From Eledone cirrhosa (lineage: Eukaryota): a stretch of DNA of 64,000 bases. Under the pieces are notes generated by a model that worked only from the letters and a program-made list of their open reading frames with translations, ran no database searches and was not told where the DNA came from. The position numbers were made by a program, and so were the translations under genes. Positions 47,256 through 59,149 of the stretch are shown here, piece after piece (the first letter of the stretch is position 1; every line of letters begins with the position of its first letter). The stretch is taken from assembly GCA_964016885.1 (NCBI GenBank), contig OZ024740.1:397668001-397732000 (forward strand), written 5' to 3'.

Positions 47256-48834
47256 AAATGTTCATCTCGAAAGATGAATTTAAAAGTCTGTGAAATTTTA
47301 ATCTTATAAACAATAACTCATTTCAGACATTTAGAGGTTGATTCATGTAATTTTACAAATTGATCCATCAAGAAGAAAAAATGTTTGTAGAAATGTATTT
47401 AGATATATTTAATATCTTCTCTCTCAATTATGTCTATATTGTATCTAGAATGTGATAAGAATGTTATACTCCAACAAAAACAAACTCAGTATAAAAACAA
47501 TGGGTTTTGGGCACTGTTGAAGACTTGGTCTTTTGTATAATGACTTAAAGCTTTGTTTTGTTTTTCCAGACCCATAGGGTAAATTGTACCCAGTATCATT
47601 GTACCAATGTCCCATCTGTTTATATCAACACATTGTGCCTCCAAATAGTGTTATTATGAAATCATTGAGGGTTAAGTGTCTTTGCCAAGAAACAGGCTAA
47701 TGGTAATAACAAGATATGAAAAATTGACCTTTGGCCAATATGTTAGCTGTGAACTAGTATATTATAACTTGAAAATATAAATCCAAATTTACTCTCCTTT
47801 TATGCTTTTTTTTCATTGTTTATCTAGTAGAGCTTGCAGTCCTTACTAACTTGTTATTTTCTTCAATTTATTATCAGTTTGATAATTTTAAATTCATGAT
47901 CAAATTTCTAGCCTGTCTGAACTAATTATAAACTGTTATATGGCTTTTACATTTTATCTTCCATCAACTCAGTAGTTACAGCAGTTCTGTTTTATGATCT
48001 CTGATGAGTAGTCATTATAAACTCTTACTATCTTGTCTATTGGACAAAACTTGAGATCTCAATTAACAAACGTCTTGACTGATGATTAGATACCATATTA
48101 CTTTAATAGAGTGATGTAATTTTCTCCTCTCCTTTGTTACTGGTAACAACCTGTCACATGGTTGGGTATGGACGGGACTAAACTGGAAACCCACCCGAGC
48201 TTGCTTGGTGAGGTGAGGAGGGTAATTTTGGGGCACCCTGCAGGATGAAAAACAAAACCCATCAAAGGGCAGAAGAAATCAAGAGAGTCAACAGGCATCC
48301 AATAGTCTATAAAAAATCACAAAATAAAAAAATGAGCAGACAGATTATTAGCCTTAGTTGGCAATCTGTATAAGATTTTAAAACCAGTGTAGATGGGACT
48401 CCTTAGTCACCTTGGTGACAACCTTTCAAGTAGCTAATGATTTCATCCTTGTGATGAAGGTGGATGAGCTTCTGCTTGGTAGCCAGCTTCTGAGTAATGG
48501 TTGGATGAGGATTCAGGATCCACTAACATCACTTTTTTCCGCAATGAGAATCATGGATATACAGCATCATATAGACGAGCATTGGTGAAACTTGTATTGT
48601 TTCAAGTATCTGCCACTTATTGATATAGAAAATAAATAACACACACACACATGCCAATACTGTCATATACACAATACAATGTATTAATATTTAATTAAAT
48701 ATTCAAAACATTTACAATGAATATATATATATATATATAGGTAGAACACTGGAAGGTAATATCCGTAGTGGTAGAGCACTCAGTCCATGGGATGAGTTTG
48801 GTAGAAGTAGTAGCACAACAGTTGGTTCACCATA

Positions 48835-48875
48835 CTGAGAACAATTGTTTCACCTTATGCGGATCTTCAGCTCGG
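48835..48875 (-). ncRNA. Minimal hammerhead-like motif (HHR5) inside a fold-back palindrome
   Basis: Minus strand: CCGAG-CTGAAGA-TCCGCATAAGGT-GAAA-CAATTG-TT^CTCAG. Palindromic CAATTG stem III, weak stem II. Confidence 0.55.
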
Positions 48876-49023
48876 ACTGGCCTGATCTGAATACCTGCAT
48901 AAGGTGAAACAATTGTTCTCGGTATGGTGAACTAACTATTGTGTTACTACTTCTATATATATATATATACATATATATTTCAATGATATTAATAAATGGA
49001 AACTATATTTATAAAACCATATT

Positions 49024-49084
49024 TATTCTATTATATATATTTCAAGGGTACCAAAACTTTGGTACGCTCTCATCAGATAAAATA
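49024..49084 (-). ncRNA. Minimal type I hammerhead ribozyme motif (HHR3)
   Basis: Minus strand: TATTTTAT-CTGATGA-GAGCGTACCAAAGTTTTGGTACCCTT-GAAA-TATATA-TA^ATAGAATA. Palindromic stem III. Confidence 0.82.
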
Positions 49085-49181
49085 CAAAGTTTGTTTTATA
49101 AATAGTGATACCCAGGAATCAGACCTTAACGATTCATGTTCCGTCTGGATAGTTGAATTACCAACAAATATCCCTTTGCTT

Positions 49182-50383
49182 ATCATCATCATCATCATCA
49201 TCGTTTAACGTCCATCTTCCACGCTTGCATGAGTTTGGACGGGAATTTTCCCACTTGAGGCAAGATTGGTTGTCTTGCTCGTATAGGACTGTCTGGCGGG
49301 TTTTCTATGGCTGGATGCTCTTCCTAACACCAACCACGTTTACAGTGTGGACTGGGAGGTTTTTACCATGTTACCTACACGGCCACATTACAGCGTGGAC
49401 TGTGTGTTTTTTTGTCGTGACACCTACACGACCTCATTTATTTCGGACTGGATGTTGTGGTACCAACATAACTTTACATCGAAAGGGGTGGTGTGGATGG
49501 GGTGGGGGTAGTGGGACGGGTGTATTTTTGTTAAGAGGTGCCTACTGACTGAAGGTTTCGCTTTGTACTTAGGCAAGGCGGGTCTTCTGTATTACTGTGT
49601 AGCGCCAAAGATCTCGGTCCAGTGACATTGTCTTGGAGAGGTGTAAGTGTGTGAGGTCGGAATTTATCAAGTCGTCCCAGCTTTTTCTGGTCTGCCTACT
49701 CCGTGGCTACCGTCTATTTTTATCGCCCTGCATTTTTTTATACAGCTGTCGTCTTTCATGTGCATCACGTGACCATACCAACGTAGTCTTCTCTCGAGTA
49801 AACAACATCTGATCCCTCTTATTCCTAATTTCTCCCTTAGTTCATTTATGCTTTGCCGTTCACGTATATTACTATTACACATCCAGCGGAGCATGCAAGC
49901 TTCGTTTCTCTCCAGTCTGCGTATATCCTCAGCACACAATGCCCAGGTCTCACTGCCATGTAACATTGCCGTTCGTATGCAGGCATCATACAGCCTGCCT
50001 TTCATTTTTAGAGAGAAACCTTTTGCGGCCAATAGTGGTATAAGCTCTCTGAACTTTTTCCATCCCGTTCTAACTTTGGCTACTGTACTTTCAGAGCACC
50101 CTCCACCACTGCTGATTTTGTCAGCCAGGTAACGGAAGGTGTCCACTATTTCTATAGAACCATCTGTGCAATGGAATGAGCTAGTATTCTGTGGGCACTT
50201 GCTGCTACTTATTGCACCTGAGCACCGGCCACATATAAAATCTATATTCTTAGTTAGCTTACCTGTGATCCCACTACATCGTTTATGCACCCATACTTTG
50301 CATTTGGGACATAAAATGGAGTTTCTGCCTACTCCTTTCCTACACACTGAGCATGGCCATTTCCCAGATGGGACCAGTGCCCT
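49182..50383 (-). mobile_element. RTE-clade LINE 3' fragment (same subfamily as 530-2508), GMPR intron 1
   Basis: ORF 49667-50494 contains the PHD finger, FRYL and thumb region, near-identical to the first copy. Same 3' UTR and (CAT)n tail. Confidence 0.92.
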
Positions 50384-51181
50384 GTGAATGTGAAATACAG
50401 ACATTAGAACCCGTGGGAAACAAACCCACACATTCAAGCTTGCCAGGCAGGTCCATTGAATGTTCAATGTTGAAACTAATGAAGAACTCATCATAGCTAT
50501 TTAAGGAGCAAACAAGCATGAAAAATCAATGAAAAACAAGCTACTCAATGAAAAATCAGTGAAGTATCTAAATGTGAAGGAAACTTTATTGTTCAGCCTG
50601 TTCTGAACAGTTATCTTCAAACACATGGTCGTTAATAAGTATCTGATACCATGGTCATCATTGCATGTAGAGGACAAACAAGTTTAATGTTAATTTTCTT
50701 TGGCCTGTCGAAATGTTTCTATCTGTACAATATATTTTTGATCTTCGAAAAATGGACTTGTATAATTTTTCAAATGAATATTATCAGCATTGTATGATTT
50801 CTATTTTGTTTTGGTTTCTTACGGCCTTGTATAATTCTTAAATTAATGTTATCTGTAATGGATAATTTTTATCTTGTGGTATCTTGTGATAATTTAATAT
50901 GATAAAATCGAAAGTTGTAACTGACTTATGTAATAAGATGTCAATTTATTCGTTTAAATCTTTTAATACCAACTCACCTGCCATAACTTCTAACTGTTCT
51001 GTAACCATGGCGTAAACATATGGCATTTTGCCATGTGAAAATAGAGTGGCAGTCAAAACATGTAGCTTGTAACAATGGAAATAATATATCACTATTAAAA
51101 CATTAGTGACAAAAGAACTACAGAAAATAATAGCATTAACTGAGAACCCAATCTGAGAGCCCAGTAGGAAAATGACTTTAA

Positions 51182-51389
51182 CCCTTAGCATTTACATTAC
51201 TCTAAAGTTACTATTGTATTTTCACAGTAAAAGCTTTATCTTACATAATTATCTCACAATATCGAATCTACGAGATTCTGATGTTATATATTTTGAAAAA
51301 AATACCTTAATGTAGGTATGAGTGGCCGGTTTGAACAGAAAGAAGTGCGAACGTTCTAGTTGGATATGACTGGTTTAAATGCTAAAGGG
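51182..51389. mobile_element. piggyBac-like MITE, inverted copy of 17657-17852
   Basis: TTAA|CCCTTAGCATTTA ... TAAATGCTAAAGGG|TAAA, with internal similarity to the first copy. Confidence 0.75.
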
Positions 51390-51649
51390 TAAAATATCAC
51401 TTTTACAAGACTTTGCCCTAATAAATAAAAATATTGAAAACCTTAACTTGATCCTTTAACAAATATAGGAAAAGGATAACAATCGTAGAGGCACAGTCAT
51501 GCGGCGTACTTAGGGCACTTTTAAACCTGGCGGAGCCCAACCCGCTCCAGAATAACAAATATATCATCTGGTAAAAAACAGTGATTACATTTAAAAAAAA
51601 CAGGTATTACTGTAATACAGAAAAAATTATATATATATGTATATATATA

Positions 51650-53095
51650 ATACTGAGAAACACTGTCTCACAGAGAGAAATTAAAAAAAAAAAACCATTG
51701 TAAGATAATACATAATTTAAAAAAATTTTGAAATTAAAATTTAATGAGGTTTATGAATGGTGATGTTTATGATTAAAGAAAAAGGGATTAAGAATAGTAT
51801 TTAAGGTTTATATATTGAAGGGTATGTGCGAAAAGGAATTTATTAAAATGTATTATTAAAATAAAAAATATTAAGGAGATAAGGTGAATGAAGAAAAGGT
51901 TAAATGAATTATGAACTTAGAGGAATTAGTTAGGGTCTAAGTTTTTTTCTATGTATTGTAATAGGAAAAAGTAAATAATAGGTTTAATACGAGCACGGAA
52001 GGAGAGAAGAAAGAAGAAAATTCAAGGAAGAAAAAATATGTAAAGTAAAAAAAAATATATGTTTACAAAATTTACTAATGGTAATATTAGTATATATTAA
52101 AAATAAAATTTGCATGGCCAAGAATATATGGAAAATGCTATAGTGAGTTATAATATGAATTAAGAAGTAATTGAGAAGTAAAAGTTGCAGATTAAAGATT
52201 GGAAATTAAAAAAGAAGAAAGGATAAAAAAGAAGAAAAATAGGGACCGCTAACGACATAGAATGAGTAAATAATATACTGAAATAAGGTAGAAAGATGGG
52301 TATATTTGTAAAAGATATAAAAGCGTTTGAGAAAAGAAGATTTTAAACTAATTAGGTAGTAAGATATTAGCTGTATACTTTATGGAAAGTTCTATGGGAT
52401 TTATGCAAGCAGAGCGAAAATAAATCCGTACGTCTATTTATTATAGAATTAAAATTAGAGATAATGGTAAATTTCTTGGCTAGGTAGAGATTACATGTTC
52501 TGGATAGGGAAGAAATGTAGTTAATATTTTTGTCCTTTAAGGACCATATGAGTTCTGAGAGTGCCATGTTAGTTCTTTTAAGTTGGTAGTTAAAAGACGA
52601 ATTGTGATTATAAAATCTTGCTTTAAAGGAAGTGGAAGTGGAACCAAAATAGGTAAAAGAATTAGTACCAGTTATGACCTTACATTCATACACTCTCTCT
52701 CTTATAACCTTACATTCATTACTCTCTCTCTCTCTCTCTCTCACTAATTTCTCCTCTTCTCTCATCCTTCCTTCTTATACTCCTCCTCCGTCATCCTTTC
52801 CTTATTATTATATATTTTTTTCTTATTATTTTCTTTCTTCCTCTTCCTTACCTTTTCCTTCCCCCTTCCTTCTTTTTTCCCAATCTCATATATCCATCTT
52901 ATTTTATTTTTCATATGTTGATTTAACACTTCACTGCTCGCAAGTGTTTTTTAAGCTTCATATCATGTCTCCCTATTTTATCTGATGAGAACGCAAATAT
53001 CATCCCATGATGATATTTGTTTCTGAAATGCACATAATAAAATACATGGAACTCTTTTAACCATCTTTTGATCTTATATTATGTATATATATATA
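51650..53095 (-). mobile_element. Penelope-like element remnant: GIY-YIG endonuclease 3' part (- strand) with an oppositely oriented terminal repeat (about 52680-53095, + strand)
   Basis: ORF 52367-52765 reads VYECKVIT...TYFGSTSTSFKARFYNHNSSF...ALSELIWSLKDKNINY...CNLYLAKKFTII...IINRRTDLFSLCLHK. A hammerhead lies in the + strand part, and both ends sit in (TA)n. Confidence 0.8.
52974..53044 (+). ncRNA. Minimal type I hammerhead ribozyme motif (HHR2), partly degenerate
   Basis: TATTTTAT-CTGATGA-GAACGCAAATATCATC-CCAT-GATGATATTTGTTTCT-GAAA-TGCACA-TA^ATAAAATA. Predicted cleavage after 53036. Confidence 0.75.
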
Positions 53096-53099
53096 TATA

Positions 53100-53399
53100 T
53101 TGGCGGATTTGGGTCACTGACAGCGAAGTTCTTGTCATGCTTGGTTGTTTCAGCGCCTTGGCCTCACCGGTGGTAATGTTTCGAGTGTGTTGGCTTGCCT
53201 CAAAGTGTTCGATTGTCGCAGATGGTGGTGAATTGATAGTCGTTTTTGTTTTGCCCCTCCCCCCTTTCTCTCTTCTTTCTTTTTCTTCTGTCTTTTATGC
53301 GTTTATATTTGTGCTGAAAGAATTGCGAGCAATTTATAATGTTATTTATGCATTTGTAATGTTATTTATAGAACTGAATATGTAAAAAAAAAAAAAAAA
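53100..53399 (+). mobile_element. CRE-like 3' end with poly(A) tail
   Basis: TGACAGCGAAGTTCTTGTCAT and TGGTTGTTTCAGCGCCTT match the other CRE copies. Ends in an A-run at about 53384-53399. Confidence 0.6.
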
Positions 53400-54054
53400 T
53401 CTATTAAATCCATATACTTTTCCTTCATATATATATTAATATAGAGAGAATAACCAAGTTATACTTTAAACACAATTTTGCACATTCCTCCACCCTTCAC
53501 ACAAATCGCACAGTCTATGCTGTAAAGTGTGTCACAACCAAAATTGCCCGGTCTATGTTGTAAATATATATATATATATATTATTCGAAATATTAATAAA
53601 TGAAAAATATTATCATAACTAAAATATATATTTTATAAAATATATATTTTGGTTATGAGAATATTTTTCATTTATTAATATTTTGAATAATATTAAATAC
53701 TCCAGATAAAAATGTTGAGTGCTTCTAATCTATTGTAAAATTGAATTCATTGAATAATCAACGAACCATATAAACTTTTGGTTATATATATATAAGAAAT
53801 GAGATGATAAGGACTGGGGTCCCTATCATTCTACTGCAAAGTGGTCGTGGAGGTGCCACGGCAAAAAAGCACCCAGCACTCACTGTAAATGAGGTTGGTG
53901 TTAGGAAGGGCATCCAGCTGTAGAAATCAAGCCAGAATCAGTTCCCGTCCCACCCTTGCAAGCAGGGAAAAGTGGACGTAAAATGACAATGATGAATGAA
54001 TGATATATAGTGACGAAATATAAGTCAATTGCATGAACTCATAATCCTTTATTT

Positions 54055-54110
54055 ACTGCTATATATATTTCGATGATAGCCATTGAATGGCTATGACCTC
54101 ATCAGGCAGT
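54055..54110 (-). ncRNA. Minimal type I hammerhead ribozyme motif (HHR4), fully canonical core
   Basis: Minus strand: ACTGC-CTGATGA-GGTCATAGCCAT-TCA-ATGGCTATCATC-GAAA-TATATA-TA^GCAGT. G10.1-C11.1 pair intact. Confidence 0.85.
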
Positions 54111-54288
54111 TAGTCAGTTCTTTGATATGCCAGCTCTGTGTTTATAGTGTTGATGGTATCAGAGCCTTGGGACATATGAGTTTGTTAGGAATAATTTAAT
54201 GTTGTCAGCAGGAATAGTCTTAATTCTCATTGGTCAGTTTGTAGATGGTAGTAGTGTTGGTATTTGACCTCAAAGAGGCAGGTGGTGT

Positions 54289-55778
54289 TCATCATCATCA
54301 TCATCATCCTCGTTTAATGTCCACTTTCCACGCTAGCATGGGTTAGACGGGAGTTGTCCCACTTGAGGCAAGGTTGGTCGGGTGACCGTGTCTCGCTCAT
54401 ATAGGACTATCTGGCAGGTTTTCTATGGCTGGATGCCCTTCCTAACACCAACCACATTTACAGTGTGGAACTGGGAACTTTTTACCGTGTTTTTTGTCGT
54501 GACACCTACACAACCTCGATCTCATTTATCTCATTTATTTGGACTAGATGTTGTGGTACCAACCTTATAGAGAGGGGGTGGTGTTGGGGGGAGTGGGAGG
54601 ATAGGGTAGGAGTAGTGGATTGGGGTGTATATTTGGTTAAGAGGTGCCTACTGACTGTATTTTTCGCTTTGTACATAGGCAAGGCGGGTCTTCTGTATTA
54701 CTGCGTAGCGCCAAAGATCTCGGTCCAGTGACATTGTCTTAGAGAGATGTAAGGTCGGAATTTATCAGATCATCCCAGGTTTTTCTGGGTCTACCTACTC
54801 CGTAACTACCATCAATTTTGATCGCCCTGCACTTTTTTATACAGCTGTCGTCTTTCATGCGCATCACGTGGCCATACCAACGTAGTCTTCTCTCGAGTAA
54901 ACAGCATCTGATCCCTCTTATTCCTAATTTCTCACTTAGTTCATTTATGCTTTGCCATTCACGTATATTACTATTACACATCCAACGGAGCATGCATGCT
55001 TCGTTCCTTTCCAGTCTACGCAAGTCCTCTGCATGCAATGCCCATGTCTCACTGCCATGTAGCATTGCTGTTCGTATACAAGCATCATACAATCTGCCTT
55101 TCATTTTTAGAGAGAAACCTTTTGTGGCCAACAGTGGTATAAGCTCTCTGAACTTTTTCCATCCCGTTTTGACTCTGGCTACTGTACTTTCAGAGCACTC
55201 TCCACCACTGCTGATTTTGTCACCCAGGTAACGGAAAGTGTCTACTATTTCTATAGAACCATCTGGGCAATAGAAGGGGCTAGTATCCTGTGGACACTTG
55301 CTACCTATTGCACCTGAGCATCGGCCACATATAAAGTCTACTTTCTTAGATAGTTTACCTGTGATCCCACTACATCTTTTATGTACCCATACTTTGCATT
55401 TGGCACATAAAATTGAATTTCTGCCTACTCCTCTCCTACACACTGAGCATGGCCATTTCCCTGAGGGTACCTGTGCCTTATTTTCCTTTCTACAAACTAG
55501 GACTTTAGTCTTAGACAAGTTAACTTTAAGGCCTTTTGATTCTAGGGCCATGCTTCCATGTTTGGAATTTCTTTTCTGGTTCAGCCATTGATTCAGCTAT
55601 GAGCGTTAGATCATCTGCGTATAGGAGTTCCCATGGGCAGCTGGTCTTGAACTCCTCTGTTATAGCCTGAAGGGGCAATAATAAATAGGAGGGGGCTAAG
55701 GACAGAGCCTTGGTGAACACCAACTTTTACACTAAATTCTTCACAATATTCATTGTTAATTCTAACCTTACTGACTGT
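54289..55778 (-). mobile_element. RTE-clade LINE 3' fragment, GMPR intron 1
   Basis: ORFs 54739-55551 and 55526-55723 (LLYADD, PHD finger, thumb), followed by 3' UTR and (CAT)n tail. Confidence 0.92.
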
Positions 55779-55991
55779 GTTGTAAAGTTCAAACCATCAG
55801 GCAAGATGACAATAGTTCCATATGACTGATTTTCACAAAAAGCATTCCTATTAACCTCAATTGAGGTTAATAGTATGAAATAGATACTACAGGTCATTCT
55901 TAAATTGAGGAATTTATATAGATATATTTATTTATTTACATAATCCACATTGCAACATTTTATTTCCCAACAATCTCTTTATTATTTATTA

Positions 55992-57644
55992 CTAGCTGGC
56001 CCGTCCGGCTGAAGCCCGACTAGGTATACCTGCCCCCCCCCCCCTCATTCCACTGCAAAGATACCACACCCTCCCATGTAACATTGTCCTTCCGACTCTC
56101 TCTCTCTGAATAACTAACACTTTAATTGTATCTCTCACTGTCTAACGGCCTATCTCTCTCTTTCCACTCCCTCTGTTTTTCTGTCTCTCTCTGTAGATGT
56201 GTGTGTGTGTGTAGTTTTTCTAGTCTTTCTCTAAATCTCTCTCTCTATGTGTATATATTGAAGGGAGATATGGAAACTAAAACAGTGTTGTCATATAGAG
56301 AGTGAAGAGCAACAGAGAGAGTAAAGCAGTTAAATTATAGAGATGGGGAATGATCTTACATACATACATGCATACATATATACATACATACATATAAAGT
56401 ATAGATATGTGTGTTTGTGTATGTGTATGTGTGTGTGTCTGTGTTTTGTTTTGATGTTATCCGGCTATTGGTGAAATCAGGTGTGAAAGTATGTGTGTGT
56501 GTGTTACTTATGCGAGTGACGACAGAAAAAGTGTGTGGGATACATACATTATTATATTTGTCTGTATTTCCGTTCTGCAACCATTATATTATGCAAATCC
56601 TGCCGAGGTTAACTTTGTCTTTCATCCTTATGGGGTTGATAAAATAAAGTACCAGTAATACACTGGGTAATTGCTGGCCTTGTGCCAAAAGTAGAAACAG
56701 TTATATTATGATATTTGTATCCAAATGGTTTTAGATGTATGTATTACCTCCTTGCCCGTCCCTCTGTTTCTCTTTCCCTGTCTCTCTCTCTCTCTCTCCC
56801 TCTCTCTCTCTCTCTATCTCTCATCTCTCTCTCTCTTTAGATGTGTGTGTAGTTTTCCTAATCTGTCTTTTTCACTCTCTGTCTCTCTAAGAGGGTTGCC
56901 TTTTGATGTATGTATTACCTGCTTGTGTGTTGACCGAATTTGAAGGAGGTTATCCTTTTGAAATAAACGTACATACGACGCTCATCTCTATGTTGATATA
57001 TGATATAAATAATTGATGAGTTAATATCTGTATACAACAACTACAACGGTATGCGATGGGGCCCACCCACAGTCCCAGCGGACAGAATGGAGAAGGCGTT
57101 TCCCCGGAGGACGGCAAGTGAGACGCTCTGGAAAAGCCACTCCAACTCACGGGGCTCACACCTGCGGCTGGCCAGCTCAGCTCCTATGGTGGTGAGTAAG
57201 GAGGTAGCCCTGGGGCCGAGGACACCAGAAGTCTGCCAGGGGTATGACCGCAAACCTGTCGGAGATCGACCGGTATTTGAGGAGTTTGGCCTCCTCAGCC
57301 CGACGTGCATCAGAACCTGGGTATATATTGATATATTGAAGGTAGATATGGAAAGTAAAAGAGTGTTGTCATATAGAGCGTGAAGAGAGACAAAGAGTAA
57401 AGCAGTTAAATTATAGAGAGGGTGAAAGAGGGAGAGAGAGAGAGAGAGACGATGCTCAGCTTTATAATATTAGAGAGTGAAGAGCGACAGAGAGAGTAAA
57501 GCAGTTAAATTATAGAGAGGGAGGATGATCTATTATAGAGAGAGGGAAGAGCGACGGAGAGAGTAAAGCTAAGAAACTATAGAGAGGTGTGTAGGATACA
57601 TACATAATACATACATACGACACTCAGCTTTATAATATTATAGA
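55992..57644 (-). mobile_element. Non-autonomous Helitron with internal duplications, a SINE fragment and a CRE-RLE fragment
   Basis: The minus strand starts TCTATAATATTATAAAGCTGAG and ends GTCGGGCTTCAGCCGGACGGGCCAGCTAG|T. ORF 57041-57310 reads GVLGPRATSLL...RELEWLFQSVSLAVLRGNAFSIL. Confidence 0.7.
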
Positions 57645-58254
57645 CATATCTCACATGACATGCTGCAACAGGTTATCAGCCTCCAACCTAGTTTCATCAG
57701 CCACAAACCCTGGTACCACGGCCCACAATGCAGAGGACAGGAAGACAAGCACATACTGGGGCTTGTACGGCTGCTTCTTCTTTGCACTGGTCACCGTTGA
57801 AACCTCAGCTGACCTTGGACTCCATACATCTGCCCTCTGTAAAATCAAATTGACAGCAGCTCGTCTGAGGAAGGAGCCCTGCAAGGTGGAGTGGGTGTTG
57901 TAGAGGGTGTCACTGGCCATTGTCCACGGCAATGCCATTACCATTTTTTCCGATGGGCGCAGCCGAAACACCACTCTGACTTAGGTGTAGAGTCTGTCAC
58001 TCTCTTCCCTCCCCCATCTTTCGTTGCTTAGCAATCCTTGCCTTTTTTTCTCTCTTTTTATTAATATTATTAATTTCTTCATATAAACTATACTGTCTTT
58101 TCTCATCATGCCTGAGTCAAGCTGAATTTACTGTCGTGTGTGTGTGTGGGTGTGCTTGTGTGTAAAATCATGCGTTGAAACAGATATTGTTATATTTGGG
58201 GATGGCTTTGTTGCCAATATTGTCAATAAAGACATGCACTATTTGATTATCTCT

Positions 58255-58700
58255 TCTTTGCCTTTCATCCTTACGGGGTCGATAAAATAAAGTACCAGTA
58301 ATGCACTGAGTAATTGCTGGCCTTGTGCCAAAAGTAGAAACAATTATTAGTTAGTCAGGGTGGTGAATTGGCAGTATCGGTAGAGGGTTGGACGCCATGC
58401 TTTCTAGCATAGTTACGTCCCTTTACGGTCTGAGTTCAAATTCCGTCAAGGGGTCGATAAAATAAAGTACTAGTAATCATCATCATCATCATCGTTTAAC
58501 GACTATCTTCCATGCTAGCATGGGTTTAGATGGGAATTGTCCTACTTGAGGCAAGATTGGTTGGGTGACCATGTCTCGCTCGTATAGGAGTCTGGCAGAT
58601 TTTCTACAGCTGGGTGCCCTTCCTAACACCAACCATGTTTACAGTGGTAATGTACTGGGTAATTGCTGGCCTTGTGCCAAAAGTAGAAACAATTATTAGT
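58255..58700 (+). mobile_element. Two Meta-like SINE copies, the second interrupted by an RTE 3' fragment
   Basis: Consensus matches. Both copies end AATTATTAGTTAGTCA. Confidence 0.8.
58477..58646 (-). mobile_element. Short RTE 3'-end fragment inserted inside a SINE
   Basis: (CAT)n tail plus GCCCTTCCTAACACCAACC 3' UTR motif. It interrupts the SINE at 58357-58700, with GTAAT on both sides. Confidence 0.75.
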
Positions 58701-59117
58701 TAGTCATCAAAGTACTTTTTCACACTGTAATCTCCTCAATTACTGTTTTCCTCTGTGCCTCCTCTTCTTTCTGTCATACTTTGTTTACTTCATCTTGTTT
58801 TTCTGGCATAACATGCTGTGAATTCCTTTGTTTTTTGTATTCACGAAATAAAAAGTTACAAAGTAAAAAGTAAAAAAGAAAAAAATCAGCTGTAGGAAAG
58901 GTATTTTTGGTAATGAAAACGGTGCCCTTAAAACAACAATAACAACACCAAAAAAGTAACATACCTCTAATTTGAATTGACAAACATGTAATTCAGACTT
59001 TTGTAAATGAATGGTTGATTTATTTCTGAGTGACTACTGAGATTAAGAACAATAGATATGTCCCCTAATTTGACCTACCATTCAACATCAGGCTTTATTT
59101 TATCTCCCTATATCAAG

Positions 59118-59149
<32 letters not shown>

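Noticed and set aside
48001-48090. Two CTGATGA heptamers
   Set aside because: No stem II or correctly placed GAAA; expected by chance in AT-rich DNA.
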